Assembly (NCBI GenBank): GCA_963822695.1
Contig: CAWGJH010000010.1
Coordinates: 10,094-74,093 of the forward strand
Origin: an uncultured Actinomycetota bacterium
GTDB lineage: Bacteria > Actinomycetota > Actinomycetes > Mycobacteriales > Pseudonocardiaceae
Reading direction: 5' to 3'
DNA: 64,000 bases
How positions within the stretch are numbered: position 1 is the first letter of the stretch; each line of letters starts with the position of its first letter. A program made the translations under genes and the position numbers. Positions 24,354 to 35,558 of the stretch are shown in pieces. The notes under the pieces are model-generated. The model was not told the origin of the DNA. It searched no databases and worked only from the letters and a program-made list of their open reading frames with translations.

Positions 24354-25520
24354 GTGTTCCAGATACCGCACCGGCGATCCCCGGCTGCGTCGCGCAAGGA
24401 GGTGGGTGTGAGCGGAGGGAGGCTGCTGGTGACTGATCACCCGCCCGGTGACCCTGTGCCATCTCCCGGGCCATCACCCGGGCCACCTTCCGGGTTACCC
24501 CACCATGCTCCCGTCCTGCTGCACCGGTGCCTTGAGCTGCTCGGGCCCGCGTTGGCGGACCGACCGGCCGTGATGCTCGACGCCACGGTGGGTCTCGGTG
24601 GGCACGCGGTCGCGCTGCTCGACGCTCATCCTGCGCTCACCCTGGTTGGCCTCGACCGCGACCCGCAAGCGCTCGCTGTGGCCAGTGACCGGCTGCACGC
24701 ATACTCCAGGCGTACCCATCTGGTGCATGCCGTCTATGCCGAATTGCCCGACGTATTGGCGAGCCTTGGGATCCCGCGCCTCGATGGTGTGCTGTTCGAC
24801 CTGGGGGTGTCCTCACTGCAGCTCGACGCCGTCGAACGCGGCTTCTCCTACGCCCGCGACGCCGTGCTGGATATGCGAATGGATTCCAGTGGCGGGCCTA
24901 CCGCGGCCGACGTGCTCAACGGCTACTCGCAGGCCGATCTCACCCGGGTGCTCCGGGAGTACGGCGAGGAGCGCTTCGCCGGCCGGATTGCCGCTGCGGT
25001 CGTGGCGCAACGGGCACAGCAGCCGCTGGATACCACCGCCCAACTGGTCGAGATCATCTATCAGAGTGTCCCGGCGGCCACCCGCCGGCACGGTGGCCAT
25101 CCCGCCAAGCGGACCTTCCAAGCGTTGCGGATCGAGGTCAACGGCGAGCTAGCGGCGCTGCGTTCGGCGATACCTGCCGCGCTGGGTGCGCTGGCGGTCG
25201 GCGGTCGGCTGGTGGCGATGTCTTACCACTCGCTGGAGGACCGGATCGTCAAACGGGCGCTGTCCCAGCTGACCACCTCTCGCACCCCGGCTGGCCTGCC
25301 GGTCGAGCTACCAGATCACGGACCCCAGCTGCGCGCGTTGACCCGTGGCGCCGAACGCGCTGGCCCGGCCGAGATCGAGGCCAATCCACGGTCAGCATCG
25401 GTGCGATTGCGGGCCGCGCAGCGCATCGCGCCGGTTCCCCAGCGTCGATCCGACCAGGTCCGATCCGACCATGTCAGATCCGACCGGGACGGATCGGACT
25501 GGCCGGAGTCGATCTCGTGA
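24354..25520 (+). CDS. rsmH: 16S rRNA (cytosine1402-N4)-methyltransferase
   Basis: Has [13 protein letters not shown]...DATVGLGGH...[14 protein letters not shown]...[11 protein letters not shown]. The start is uncertain (the long Pro-rich N-terminal stretch may not be translated). Confidence 0.9.
   Translation: MFQIPHRRSPAASRKEVGVSGGRLLVTDHPPGDPVPSPGPSPGPPSGLPHHAPVLLHRCLELLGPALADRPAVMLDATVGLGGHAVALLDAHPALTLVGLDRDPQALAVASDRLHAYSRRTHLVHAVYAELPDVLASLGIPRLDGVLFDLGVSSLQLDAVERGFSYARDAVLDMRMDSSGGPTAADVLNGYSQADLTRVLREYGEERFAGRIAAAVVAQRAQQPLDTTAQLVEIIYQSVPAATRRHGGHPAKRTFQALRIEVNGELAALRSAIPAALGALAVGGRLVAMSYHSLEDRIVKRALSQLTTSRTPAGLPVELPDHGPQLRALTRGAERAGPAEIEANPRSASVRLRAAQRIAPVPQRRSDQVRSDHVRSDRDGSDWPESIS
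25446..25505 (+). repeat. 15-bp in-frame tandem repeat x4 in rsmH 3' end
   Basis: Units are cgatccgaccaggtc / cgatccgaccatgtc / agatccgaccgggac / ggatcggactggccg, encoding [20 protein letters not shown]. Confidence 0.9.
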
Positions 25521-26131
25521 CGGCTCCCACCCGCACCGCGACCTCGACGCGTGGCCGGACCACCGCGCCCACCCGCCGCCGGGCCACCGGGGCGCCGCGA
25601 GGCCGTTCCCCGGCCGTCGCCCGCGCCTACGCTCGGCGTGCCCAGCGTACCGGGGCCCGCCACCGTGTCCCCGATACCGCGGACGCCGGCCGGACGCCCT
25701 TCGTGCTGCTGGTGATGGTGCTGCTGGGGGTGACGTTGGTATCCACGCTGTGGTTGTCCACGGCCGCCACCGCTGACTCCTACCGCTTGCAGCGCGCCCG
25801 CGAGGATGCCAGGAACCTGGCCGAGCGTTCAGAGAACCTGAGCCGAGAGGTGGCTACTCTGGAGACCGCACCTGAGCTGGCTCGCCGGGCTCGCGAGCTG
25901 GGCATGGTGCCGGCCGGGAACCCGGCCCGGCTGATCGTCCGCCCGGACGGCACCGTCATCCTGATCGGCCAGCCCCGGCGGGCCACCGCACCCGCCCCGC
26001 CGCCGGCGGTAGTACCTGCCCCACCGGCAGCAACACCCGTCCCACCGCCGCCGGCATTACCTGCACCTGCACCCGCGGCAGTACCTGACCAGCCAGCTCC
26101 GCCACGGGCGCCAGTATCGGGCCGTGCCTGA
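25517..26131 (+). CDS. ftsL: FtsL-like cell-division protein
   Basis: Conserved dcw position. One TM segment ([19 protein letters not shown]) followed by coiled coil. GTGA overlap with rsmH. Confidence 0.7.
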   Translation: MTAPTRTATSTRGRTTAPTRRRATGAPRGRSPAVARAYARRAQRTGARHRVPDTADAGRTPFVLLVMVLLGVTLVSTLWLSTAATADSYRLQRAREDARNLAERSENLSREVATLETAPELARRARELGMVPAGNPARLIVRPDGTVILIGQPRRATAPAPPPAVVPAPPAATPVPPPPALPAPAPAAVPDQPAPPRAPVSGRA

Positions 26132-28001
26132 TGGGCCCATTCCTGACAGGTGCACTGCCTTGGGCACAGTGACCACCGTCCGCACAACCGGGGTGCCTCG
26201 GCACCGCCGGAAACCCGGCTCGCCGGCAGCGGGTCTACGTAACCGGCTGGGGTCGGGTCGGGTGGTACTCGTGCTTGCGCTGGTGGCCGCCGGACTCAGA
26301 CTGGTCGCCGTGCAGGGATTGCAGGCGGCGGAACTGTCCGCACAGGCTGCGAACCAGCGCACCACCGTGCAGACGCTGCCCGCGCAGCGCGGCACGATTA
26401 CTGACCGCAACGGAACGCCGCTGGCGTTCAGCGTGGCGGCCGAGGCTTTGTACGCTCAGCCGAAGCGGATCACTGCCGAGCAGCGCGTGGTCCGGGCCGA
26501 TCCGGACGCGCACAAGCAGGCGATGGCCCGCCGCGTCGCTCAGGTGCTCGGGCCGCTGGTGTCCGAGCAGGAACTCCTGAGCCAACTGCGCAGCGACCGC
26601 ACCACAGTACTGCTGGCACCTTTGGTGACGCCGGCCCAGGCCAGAGCGATCCAGCGGGATTTCCCAGAGATCAGCGCGGAGCACCGGGAAGTCCGGCAGT
26701 ATCCCGGCGGTGAGCTCGCAGCCAACGTCCTGGGGGTGGCGAACTGGCGGGCCGACGAGCGCACAGTGCGGGGGCTAGTCGGCCTGGAGAACTATGCTGA
26801 CACCCTGCTGGCTGGCCGGGACGGTCGCCGGGTGGTGGACACCGCTGAGGGCTCGGACGCGGTCATCCCGGGCAGCGAGCGCGTCGAGCGGCAGCCGATA
26901 CCTGGTTCGGGGCTGGAGCTCACCGTGGACTCCGACCTGCAGTTCACCGTGGCGCAAATACTCGGCGACTATGCCCGGAAATACCACGCCAAAGGGGCCA
27001 GCGCGGTGGTGCTCGACGCGCGCACCGCCGAGGTCTACGCGATGGCCAACGATGTCACCTTCGACCCGAACAACCTCGCGGCGGCGACCCCTGAGTTGCT
27101 GGGCAACCCGGCGGTCTCGGCTCCCTTCGAACCAGGTTCGGTGAACAAGGTGGTCACCGCCGCCGCGGCTATCGAGAACGGCATCGTCACCCCGGACACC
27201 GCGCTGCACGTCCCCGGCGAACTGCGGGTTGCCGACCGGACGGTCCGGGACGCGTGGCCGCACGGCACCTTGAACCTCACGTTCACCGGGGTGCTGGCCC
27301 GCTCCTCTAACGTCGGCGTGTTGCTCACCGCGCAGCGCCTGGGTAAGGACCGCTTTGTGGACATGCTCACGCGGATGGGTCTGGGTCAGCGCACCAACGT
27401 GGGGTTACCAGGGGAAAGCGCGGGCCAGGTGCCACCCGGGGACCGGTGGTCGGGCAGCACATTCGCCAACCTGCCCATCGGTCAAGGCCTGTCGATGACC
27501 GTGCTGCAGATGGCCGGCATGTACCAGGCGATCGCCAACGACGGCGTGCGCATCCCGCCGCGCATCGTCAGCGCAGAGATCGCTCCGGACGGTACCCGGA
27601 CCACGACCCCACGACCAGCCGGTGTCCGGGTGGTCAGCCCGCAGACCGCCCGGACAGTGCGGGACATGCTGCGAGCGGTCGTGCAGGACGAGCCGGGACA
27701 GCGCGGCACCGGCCCGGAAGCGGCGCTGGACGGCTACCAGATCTCCGCCAAGACCGGCACCGCGCAGCAGGTCAACCCCGGCTGTGGCTGCTATAGCAAC
27801 TCGAACTACTGGATCACCTTCGCCGGCATCCTGCCCGCCGACGCCCCGCGCTTCGTGGTCGGGATCATGCTCGATAACCCGGCCGTCGGCAGCGCCGCGC
27901 CGCTGTTCCACGACATCGCCTCCTACCTGGCGGGGCGCTACCAGATCCCGCTGTCCCCCGGACCTAGTCCCGTCGCCACCCTCACTCTCCCCGGGCTCTG
28001 A
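26124..28001 (+). CDS. ftsI: penicillin-binding protein FtsI/PBP3 (class B transpeptidase)
   Basis: Has the SxxK (GSVNK), SxN (RSSN) and KTGT motifs, and an N-terminal TM segment. The start is uncertain. Confidence 0.9.
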   Translation: MPDGPIPDRCTALGTVTTVRTTGVPRHRRKPGSPAAGLRNRLGSGRVVLVLALVAAGLRLVAVQGLQAAELSAQAANQRTTVQTLPAQRGTITDRNGTPLAFSVAAEALYAQPKRITAEQRVVRADPDAHKQAMARRVAQVLGPLVSEQELLSQLRSDRTTVLLAPLVTPAQARAIQRDFPEISAEHREVRQYPGGELAANVLGVANWRADERTVRGLVGLENYADTLLAGRDGRRVVDTAEGSDAVIPGSERVERQPIPGSGLELTVDSDLQFTVAQILGDYARKYHAKGASAVVLDARTAEVYAMANDVTFDPNNLAAATPELLGNPAVSAPFEPGSVNKVVTAAAAIENGIVTPDTALHVPGELRVADRTVRDAWPHGTLNLTFTGVLARSSNVGVLLTAQRLGKDRFVDMLTRMGLGQRTNVGLPGESAGQVPPGDRWSGSTFANLPIGQGLSMTVLQMAGMYQAIANDGVRIPPRIVSAEIAPDGTRTTTPRPAGVRVVSPQTARTVRDMLRAVVQDEPGQRGTGPEAALDGYQISAKTGTAQQVNPGCGCYSNSNYWITFAGILPADAPRFVVGIMLDNPAVGSAAPLFHDIASYLAGRYQIPLSPGPSPVATLTLPGL

Positions 28002-28090
28002 CGCTGGGTCCGCTCCCGATCACGGAGGGCAGCGCCGGTAGCCTTCCTCCCCGCTGGGCCTTCAGCCCCACCCGCACCCGACCCCAGATC

Positions 28091-29683
28091 GTGACTGCTC
28101 CTGTGACTCCCTCGTTGGTCGAGACGCCGCTGCGCCCGTCGCACACCGCGCCGACCCCGGTGACCGCACTCGCCGCACTTGCTGGCGCGACCGTCTCGCG
28201 ACCCCTGGATTCGGGCTCTCTGGAGTGGGCGTCCGATCAGACGCTGGTCACGGGCATCACGCTGCGTGCCCAACAGGCCCTTCCCGGCGACCTGTTTGCG
28301 GCGCTGCCCAGCCTGATACCCGGCCGGCCGCATGGTGCCGACTTCGCCGGCATCGCGTTGAACGCTGGCGCTGTCGCGGTGCTCACGGACCCTGCGGGTG
28401 CACACCGCCCGGCGCTGGCCGCCGCGACCGCCTACCGACCGGAGATCCCGGTGCTGGTCCACCCCGACCCCCGGTCGGTACTGGGCACCCTGTCCGCCCG
28501 CACCTTCGGTGACCCCTCCACCCGGCTGGCGGTGCTCGGGATCACCGGCACCGCCGGCAAGACCACCACGGCATACCTTCTCGAGGCGGGGTTGCGCGCG
28601 GCGGGCGCGCACACCGGCCTGGTCGGCACCGTGCAGGCGCGGATCCGCGAGGCGCTGCTGCCCAGCACGTTCACCACCCCGGAGGCCCCGGACCTGCAGG
28701 CGCTGCTGGCGCTGATGGCCGAACACGGCGTCACCCACGTGCCTATCGAAGTCTCCAGCCATGCGCTGGTGCTGGGCCGGGTGACCGGTACCACCTTCGC
28801 GGTCGGCGCGTTCACCAACCTGTCCCAGGATCATCTGGACTTCCACGCCGACTTCGAGGACTACTTCGCCGCCAAAGCGATGCTGTTCGACGGGCGGGCT
28901 AGCGCCGAGGTGGTGTGCATCGACGACGTCTGGGGGCAGAGGCTGGTCACAGGTGAGACCACGACGGTTTCGTTGAACGGCGACGCCACGTGGCACGCTA
29001 CGGACATCACCGCCCAGCCCTCCGGCAGCCAGGCCTTCCGTGTCCTGGGTCCAGGCGGGTTTGACCAGCGCTTGGGGGTGCGGTTGCCCGGCGCGTTCAA
29101 TGTGACCAACGCGCTGCTTGCGTTGGCCGTCGGCCACACCGCGGGGGCTGACCCGATGCTGCTAGCCCGCGGCATTGCCACCGCCCAGGTGCCCGGTCGG
29201 ATGCAGCGGGTGGACTGCGGCCAGGGGTTCCTCGCTCTGGTCGACTACGCGCACAAGCCTGCTGCGGTGGCCGCGCTGCTCGACGCGGTGCGAGCCCAAG
29301 TCCCCGGGCGGCTGCTGGTGGTCCTGGGCTGCGGGGGAGACCGGGACACGGCCAAGCGCCCGCTGATGGGTGCCGAAGCGGCTCGCCGGGCCGATCTACT
29401 GGTGGTCACCGACGACAACCCGCGTACCGAGGACCCGACGGCGATCCGGGCGTCCATCCTCGCCGGAGTGCGAGGGGTCGCTGGCGCGTCGGTCGTGGAG
29501 ATCGGCGATCGGGCGGAGGCGATCGCCTACGCCCTCACGCGGGCCCGCCCGGGGGATGCCGTGGTCGTCGCGGGCAAGGGCCACGAGACCATGCAAGAGG
29601 TGCACGGCATCAAGCACCCGTTCGTGGACGCGGACGTGCTCGCCAACCTGCTCGCCGACCTGCTCGAGGGGAGCCGCGGGTGA
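28091..29683 (+). CDS. murE: UDP-MurNAc-L-Ala-D-Glu:meso-DAP ligase
   Basis: Has [17 protein letters not shown] and the DAP-specificity motif DDNPRTEDP. Confidence 0.92.
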   Translation: MTAPVTPSLVETPLRPSHTAPTPVTALAALAGATVSRPLDSGSLEWASDQTLVTGITLRAQQALPGDLFAALPSLIPGRPHGADFAGIALNAGAVAVLTDPAGAHRPALAAATAYRPEIPVLVHPDPRSVLGTLSARTFGDPSTRLAVLGITGTAGKTTTAYLLEAGLRAAGAHTGLVGTVQARIREALLPSTFTTPEAPDLQALLALMAEHGVTHVPIEVSSHALVLGRVTGTTFAVGAFTNLSQDHLDFHADFEDYFAAKAMLFDGRASAEVVCIDDVWGQRLVTGETTTVSLNGDATWHATDITAQPSGSQAFRVLGPGGFDQRLGVRLPGAFNVTNALLALAVGHTAGADPMLLARGIATAQVPGRMQRVDCGQGFLALVDYAHKPAAVAALLDAVRAQVPGRLLVVLGCGGDRDTAKRPLMGAEAARRADLLVVTDDNPRTEDPTAIRASILAGVRGVAGASVVEIGDRAEAIAYALTRARPGDAVVVAGKGHETMQEVHGIKHPFVDADVLANLLADLLEGSRG

Positions 29684-30750
29684 GCACCATCCTGGTCGCC
29701 TCCGGAGTCGCCCTGCTCGCCTCCATTCTGTTCACGCCCTACCTCATCCGGCTGTTCACCCGGCAGGGCTTTGGTCAGGAGATCCGGCAGGAAGGACCCC
29801 AGACTCACCACAGCAAGCGGGGCACGCCCACCATGGGGGGAGTGGCCATTCTGCTGGCGATGTGGAGTGGTTACCTGGTTGCGCATCTCACCGTCACCCG
29901 GCATGACATCACCGCGTCGGCTCTGCTCGTGCTGCTGCTCACCACGGTGCTGGGTGTGGTCGGCTTCCTGGACGACCTGATCAAGGTTCGGCGGCAGCGC
30001 AACCTGGGCCTGAACAAGACCGCCAAACTGGTCGGGCAGCTGGTCGCCGCGGTGTTGTTCGGCATCCTGACGATGGGTTTCCGAGACGGCGATGGCATCT
30101 CCCCGGCATCGACTCACCTGTCGTTCGTGCGGGATGTCGCCGTGGTGTCCTTCGGCGTCGTTGGATTCGTGGTCTTCAGCTACCTGCTGGTGTCTGCCTG
30201 GTCGAACGCGGTGAACCTGGCTGATGGCTTGGACGGGCTGGCGGCGGGGGCGGCGGCGATGGTGCTGGTGACCTATGTGATCGTCTCGTTCTGGCAGTAC
30301 ACCCAGGATTGCACCATCCAGGCCGTGCCCGGCTGCTACACCGTGCGCGACCCGCTCGACGTGGCCGTGGTGGCCGCCGCCGCGGTCGGTGGGTGCATCG
30401 GGTTTCTGTGGTGGAACGCCCCCCCAGCGAAGATTTTCATGGGCGACACCGGGTCGTTGGCCATCGGCGGGCTGCTGGCCGGCCTGTCCGTGGTCACTCG
30501 AACCGAATTGCTCCTCGTCGTGATCGGTGGGCTGTTCGTCGTCGAGGCGCTGTCGGTGGTCATCCAGGTTGCGGTGTTTCGGACTACTCAGCGCCGGCCG
30601 TTCCGGATGGCACCATTTCATCACCACTTCGAGCTCGCCGGATGGCCCGAGACCACTGTCATCATCCGGTTCTGGCTCCTCGCGGCCATCTGCTGTGCGC
30701 TGGGCGCCGGTGTGTTCTACAGCGAGTGGTTGACGGCAGCCGGGGGGTGA
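29680..30750 (+). CDS. mraY: phospho-MurNAc-pentapeptide translocase
   Basis: GTGA overlap with murE. Polytopic protein with [22 protein letters not shown] and MGDTGSLA. Confidence 0.95.
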   Translation: MSTILVASGVALLASILFTPYLIRLFTRQGFGQEIRQEGPQTHHSKRGTPTMGGVAILLAMWSGYLVAHLTVTRHDITASALLVLLLTTVLGVVGFLDDLIKVRRQRNLGLNKTAKLVGQLVAAVLFGILTMGFRDGDGISPASTHLSFVRDVAVVSFGVVGFVVFSYLLVSAWSNAVNLADGLDGLAAGAAAMVLVTYVIVSFWQYTQDCTIQAVPGCYTVRDPLDVAVVAAAAVGGCIGFLWWNAPPAKIFMGDTGSLAIGGLLAGLSVVTRTELLLVVIGGLFVVEALSVVIQVAVFRTTQRRPFRMAPFHHHFELAGWPETTVIIRFWLLAAICCALGAGVFYSEWLTAAGG

Positions 30751-30754
30751 CGGG

Positions 30755-32236
30755 GTGCGTGCACCCATCAGCAATGTTAGTGACCTTTCTGGGGCCCGGG
30801 TGCTCGTGGCCGGGGCGCGGGTCACGGGAATCTCGGCTGCCCGGGTGCTAGTCGAGCTGGGCGCCGAGGTCACCGTCACCGACTCCGCACCCGCCCAGTT
30901 GGCGGCGCTGGCCGGTACCCCGGTGACGAGCGCAGTGCGGCTGGCGCTCGGGCTGGCCGCCCCGCCGCCGGGCACCGACCTGGTGGTGACCAGCCCTGGT
31001 TTCCGGCCGGACGCTCCGCTGTTGGTGGCCGCGCAACGCACCGGCGTGCCGGTGATCGGGGACGTGACGCTGGCCCGCTGGATCGATTGTGCTGTTTCGC
31101 GGCTCGGTGCTGGTTCGGGGCTCGATCGCGCCTCTCGATCCGGGGCCGACCAGACGGCAGCTGAGTGGCTGGTGGTCACCGGCACCAACGGTAAGACCAC
31201 CACGGTGGGGATGCTCGAATCGATCTTGCGCGCCGCCGGGGTGGATGCGGTGGCCTGCGGCAACATCGGGCTCCCACTGCTGGACGCGGTGCGCGCCGGC
31301 CACCGCGTGCTCGCCGTGGAGCTGTCATCGTTCCAGTTGCACTGGTCGCGCGAGCTGACCCCACGGGCCGCCGTGGTGCTCAACGTCTCCGCCGATCACC
31401 TGGACTGGCACGGCTGCCTGGCCGGGTATGCCGCAGCCAAGGGCAGCGTGTACGCCGAGGGCACCACGGCGGTGGTCAACGCCGACGATGAGTGGTCGAC
31501 GCGGCTGGCCGCTGGGCGTAGCGGGGTCGAGTTCACCATCAGTGAGCCAGCAGTTGGCCAATTGGGTGTGGTGGGCGAGGCGCTCGTTGACCGGGCCTTC
31601 GGCGATCCTGCCACTCGGGGTGGCAGCCCTGCCCGTCGGGGAGACAGCACAGTGCTCGCCAGCGTCGCCGACGTCCGGCCGGCCGGCCCACACAACCTTG
31701 CCAACGCGTTAGCCGCCGCGGCGCTGGCCCGCTGCATCGGGGTGGCGGCGCCGGCCATCGCCCAGGGATTGCGGGCCTTCACCCCTGGTGGGCACCGTGG
31801 TGTGCCAGTCGGCGAGCACGCTGGGGTGTGCTACGTCGACGATTCCAAGGCCACCAACCCGCATGCGGCGCGGGCCTCGTTGCTGGCCCGGCACCGGGTG
31901 GTGTGGGTGGCCGGAGGCCTGCTCAAGGGCGTTGACGTAGACGAGCTCGTCATCGACACCCGGGATCGGCTCCTCGGCGCTGTGCTGCTCGGCGCCGACC
32001 GCGCGGCGATCGCCGCCGCGCTGGCGCGACACGCCCCCAACCTCCCGGTGCGGGTGGTGGATTCGAGAGACGATGGCGCCATGATGGAGGTGGTGGCAGC
32101 AGCCGCCGAGCTAGCCAGTCCAGGCAGTGTCGTGCTCCTTGCCCCAGCGGCGGCGTCGATGGATATGTTCACCGACTACGCACATCGGGGCCGGGCGTTC
32201 GCCGCCGCTGTCGCCGCGCTGGGTATCCCCCGGTGA
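30755..32236 (+). CDS. murD: UDP-MurNAc-L-Ala:D-Glu ligase
   Basis: Has VVTGTNGKTTT and DSKATNPHAA. Conserved position after mraY. Confidence 0.9.
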   Translation: MRAPISNVSDLSGARVLVAGARVTGISAARVLVELGAEVTVTDSAPAQLAALAGTPVTSAVRLALGLAAPPPGTDLVVTSPGFRPDAPLLVAAQRTGVPVIGDVTLARWIDCAVSRLGAGSGLDRASRSGADQTAAEWLVVTGTNGKTTTVGMLESILRAAGVDAVACGNIGLPLLDAVRAGHRVLAVELSSFQLHWSRELTPRAAVVLNVSADHLDWHGCLAGYAAAKGSVYAEGTTAVVNADDEWSTRLAAGRSGVEFTISEPAVGQLGVVGEALVDRAFGDPATRGGSPARRGDSTVLASVADVRPAGPHNLANALAAAALARCIGVAAPAIAQGLRAFTPGGHRGVPVGEHAGVCYVDDSKATNPHAARASLLARHRVVWVAGGLLKGVDVDELVIDTRDRLLGAVLLGADRAAIAAALARHAPNLPVRVVDSRDDGAMMEVVAAAAELASPGSVVLLAPAAASMDMFTDYAHRGRAFAAAVAALGIPR

Positions 32237-33621
32237 GTAGCTCCACCCGGCCGCCGGGTACGGCACCGGGTCGGCCGGCGGCCAGTCGGGTGGCGGCCAG
32301 TCGGGTGGCGCATGGGCGGGTGGCGGCCAGTCGGGTCGTAGCTGCCCGCGAGCGGCTCACCGCCTGGTTGGCCCGGCCGCTCACCTCGCTGCACCTGGTG
32401 CTCGCCGTTTTCGGCCTGTTGACCCTGTTCGGTCTGGTGATGGTGCTCTCCGCGTCCACTGTGGAGTCCTACACCAGGGCAGGCTCATCCTATGCGGTGT
32501 TTGTCCAACAACTGGCGTACTGCGGGCTCGGGCTGGTGTTGTTCTGGCTGGGGTTGCGGATGCCGGTGCGGATGCTACGTGGCACCAGTGGACTGTTCTT
32601 GCTGGGGTGTGTGGTGCTGCTGGCCATGGTGCTCAGCCCGTTGGGCGCCGAGATCAACGGCGCGCAGAAATGGCTGCGGCTGGGCCCGCTGTCCCTGCAA
32701 CCCTCCGAGCCCACGAAGCTCGCCCTGGCCCTGTGGGGCGCGCACGTGTTGATCACCAAACGCGCGTTGTTGCGCCAGTGGCGGCACCTGCTGGTCCCGC
32801 TGGTTCCCATGGCCGTCGTCGTCTTCGCACTGGTGATGCTGCAGCCCGATCTGGGTACCACGATCACGCTGGCCATCGTGCTGCTCGCGCTGCTCTGGTT
32901 CGGCGGTGCGCCTGGCGAGCTGTTCGGCGCCATCGCGGTCGCCGCCGTCGCCGGGGCGGTTGTGATGGCCGGCATCGCCGGCTACCGATCAGCGAGAATT
33001 GAGTCCTTCCTGCACCCGGGTGCCGACCCCCAGGGCGCCGCTTACCAGGCCCGCCAGGCGATGTTTTCGCTGGCCGACGGCGGCTGGTGGGGGGTAGGCC
33101 TGGGGCAGGGCAGCGCCAAATGGCACTACCTGCCCAACGCGCATAACGACTTCATCTTCGCGATTATCGGGGAGGAATTGGGCTTTCTGGGCTGCCTGGT
33201 GGTGCTGCTGCTGTTCGGCACGCTGGCCTACGTGGGGATTCGGATCGCCGCGCGCAACACTGATCCGTGGATCAAGCTGGTAGCCGCCACCGTGACAACG
33301 TGGCTGGTCGGTCAGGCCACGATCAACATCGGGTACGTGGTCGGCTTGTTGCCGATTACCGGGATCCCGCTGCCGCTGATCTCTTCGGGGGGCACCTCCA
33401 TTGCCCTGACGATGCTGGCCTTCGGGTTGCTGGCCAACTTCGCCCGGCATGAACCGCAGGCGGTGTCCGCGCTGCGTTACGAGTTCAGCCGTTCTGGACG
33501 TCAGGGTGCGATCTCCCGGTTGCTGCGGTTGCGCCCTCCGGTGCCCTACACTCCCGCGTCCCGGTCACGCACCGCGCCGGGGCCGATCCCGTCCGGTCGT
33601 GGTAGCCGAGGTGGGCTATGA
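32233..33621 (+). CDS. ftsW: peptidoglycan glycosyltransferase FtsW (SEDS)
   Basis: Polytopic SEDS protein with GAQKWLRLG..LQPSEPTKLAL and NDFIFAIIGEELG. GTGA overlap with murD. Confidence 0.9.
   Translation: MSSSTRPPGTAPGRPAASRVAASRVAHGRVAASRVVAARERLTAWLARPLTSLHLVLAVFGLLTLFGLVMVLSASTVESYTRAGSSYAVFVQQLAYCGLGLVLFWLGLRMPVRMLRGTSGLFLLGCVVLLAMVLSPLGAEINGAQKWLRLGPLSLQPSEPTKLALALWGAHVLITKRALLRQWRHLLVPLVPMAVVVFALVMLQPDLGTTITLAIVLLALLWFGGAPGELFGAIAVAAVAGAVVMAGIAGYRSARIESFLHPGADPQGAAYQARQAMFSLADGGWWGVGLGQGSAKWHYLPNAHNDFIFAIIGEELGFLGCLVVLLLFGTLAYVGIRIAARNTDPWIKLVAATVTTWLVGQATINIGYVVGLLPITGIPLPLISSGGTSIALTMLAFGLLANFARHEPQAVSALRYEFSRSGRQGAISRLLRLRPPVPYTPASRSRTAPGPIPSGRGSRGGL
32281..32340 (+). repeat. 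15-bp in-frame tandem repeat x4 in ftsW 5' end
   Basis: Units are gccagtcgggtggcg x2, catgggcgggtggcg and gccagtcgggtcgta, encoding ASRVA ASRVA HGRVA ASRVV. Confidence 0.9.
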
Positions 33622-34424
33622 CTGCGGACTCTGTCGCCCGGGTGGTACCCCGCGCTCGACCGGCGCCGCAGCGCGACGCCGCATTCCGCGCGCCGCAGCG
33701 CCCGGCTGTCCCGCCCACTGCGGTGCAGCCGTCCGGGTCGGCCCGAACCTGGTGGCCCTGGCCGGCCGCCGGGATGGCGATGCTGACCCTGGCTGGTTCG
33801 CTGGCGTGGGTGCTGCTGGGTAGTTCGCTGTTCGACGCCCGCTCCGTGCAGGTGGTGGGCACCGGAGAGCTTTCCGCTGAGGTGGTGCGGGCGGTGGCGG
33901 ACGTGCGACTGGGCACGCCGATGATGTGGCTGGACACCACGGCGATCGAGACCCGGGTAGCTGCGGTGCCGCAGGTGGCGAGTGTCCAGGTGCGGTGCAG
34001 CGTCGATGGCACGGTACGGATCGAAGTCACCGAACGCACCCCGATCGCGGTCGTGCGCCCTGGCAGTGGCGTGCACCTGGTGGACGCCACGGGAACCGAC
34101 TACGCGACGATGCCCGTCGGGCCGCCTGGCCTGCCGGAGTTACGGGTGGCACGAGTCGGGCCCCGGGACAGCGCGACGGCGGCTGCGCTGACGGTGCTGA
34201 CCAGGTTGCCCGAGTGGCTGCGCGTCCAGGTTCGCTCGATAGCCGCGAAGTCTCCGGCCGACGTCGTGCTGGGACTGGACACCGGGCGGAGAGGCACTGC
34301 GCGGGAGGTGCGGTGGGGTGGTGTGGAGGAGAGTGACCGCAAGGCGGCGGTGCTCGGCCCGCTACTGACCCAACCCGGCAAGATCTACGACGTCTCCAGC
34401 CCCACCTTGCCGACCATCGCCTGA
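33618..34424 (+). CDS. ftsQ: cell-division protein FtsQ
   Basis: ATGA overlap with ftsW. One TM segment, then a POTRA-like region: VQVVGTGELSAEVVRAVADVRLGTPMMWLDTTAIETRVAAVPQVASVQV. Confidence 0.85.
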   Translation: MTADSVARVVPRARPAPQRDAAFRAPQRPAVPPTAVQPSGSARTWWPWPAAGMAMLTLAGSLAWVLLGSSLFDARSVQVVGTGELSAEVVRAVADVRLGTPMMWLDTTAIETRVAAVPQVASVQVRCSVDGTVRIEVTERTPIAVVRPGSGVHLVDATGTDYATMPVGPPGLPELRVARVGPRDSATAAALTVLTRLPEWLRVQVRSIAAKSPADVVLGLDTGRRGTAREVRWGGVEESDRKAAVLGPLLTQPGKIYDVSSPTLPTIA

Positions 34425-35556
34425 GTCGCGAGTAGTTGTCGGGATCGTATGGTGTCGTGGGTGAGGACGATGCTGTGGCGGGGGACGGTGGCCAAGGCGT
34501 CGCGGGTGCGTGCCCAGATCTGGTGGCGGTGGTCGGGGGGGTGATCCGGGTCAGGCGAAGGAAGTCGAGGTAGCGGTCGTCGTGGTCGGGGTCGAAGAAG
34601 TCGCTGGTGGTGACGGTGCGCGAGGAGGCGTCGAGGCGGGGTTCGCCGTCGGGGTCAAGACGAGGGAAGATCAGTGCGGTGGCGGTGGCGGAGCGGGTGA
34701 GTTGCAGGCCGAGCCAGTCGGTGAGTTGGTGCGGGAATAGTTGGGTTTTGAGCTCGCGGCCGTGAGAGTCGCGCAGTGGGCTGGTGTGGCCGTTGAGGAT
34801 GGCGGTGGTGACGGCGGGGTCGACGGTGGGGTGCAGGTGCTGCCCGGCGGCAAGCTGAGTGCGCACGCCGTCGAGGAGGCCATGGGCGTGCAGCAGCCCG
34901 AGTCCGAGCGCCGCGGCGGCGGGCCAGGGCAGCAGGGCCCGGGTGGCGGGGTGCAGGAAGACCCGGTCGTTGGCCAGAAGCTGGTGGCCCTGCGTGGTGA
35001 GCAGTAGCGCGGTGGTGGTCTTGCCGGCGCCTTTGGGTCCAAGCGCGAGGGTGGCGTCATTGTCGCGGACGGCGGCGCTGGCGTGCATGATGGCCCACCC
35101 ATCGGCTTCGAGCTGGGCTCGGATGAGTTCGCGGGTGATGCGGGCGGCGGCCAGGCATAGGCCGAGGGACATGGTGGCGGTGAGGGTGAGCCGGGTGCGG
35201 CAGGTGTCGGTCTCGTAGGCGACCTGCTCAGCGGGATCGACCGCACAGACGGTGTTGTCGGTGTTGTCAGCGACGTGGAGGGGGTTGCGAGCAAACTCAA
35301 TGATCCGGTGGGGCCGGGTGTTGAGGCTGTCCTGGGCGGCGGCGAAGCGGTCGGGATCGACGTGACAGTGGAGCACGGGGCCACTGGTGTCGGCCGCTGA
35401 GGTGGTGGGTCGCACGGTCCACCAGCAGCCGAAGTACTGGGTGATCCAGTCGGTGACGGCGGGGGCGTCGCTGATGACGAGAACGGTGGCGGGTCCGGCA
35501 CTGACCAGCACGACGTGCGGCGGGATTGAGGTAGGCACGGCTCGCTTCCTTGTCAA
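34385..35556 (-). CDS. HPr-kinase-like P-loop protein (HprK-related kinase family), C-terminal frame ambiguous
   Basis: Has IMHASAAVRDNDATLALGPKGAGKTTTALLLTTQGHQLLANDRVFL. As written, the ORF runs on to 34027, antisense through ftsQ, with a Pro/Ser/Arg-rich tail. A 1-nt change in the G7 run at 34535-34541 gives ...ITPPDHRHQIWARTRDALATVPRHSIVLTHD... ending at TAG 34385. Confidence 0.55.
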
Positions 35557-35558
35557 TT

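Noticed and set aside
25446-25505. Short tandem repeats as a CRISPR array
   Set aside because: The units are 15 bp, contiguous with no spacers, and in frame inside coding sequences. No cas genes are present.
29527-31383. 618-aa minus-strand ORF across mraY/murD
   Set aside because: It is antisense to two strongly supported genes and has Arg/Pro/Gly-rich junk composition. The same applies to 27938..29137 (antisense murE), 41315..42304 (antisense ftsZ), 46632..47891 and 49282..50544.
34027-34384. C-terminal ~120 aa of the 509-aa HprK-like ORF
   Set aside because: It is Pro/Ser/Thr/Arg-rich, entirely antisense to ftsQ, and reached only through a G7 homopolymer. A plausible alternative frame ends at 34385.
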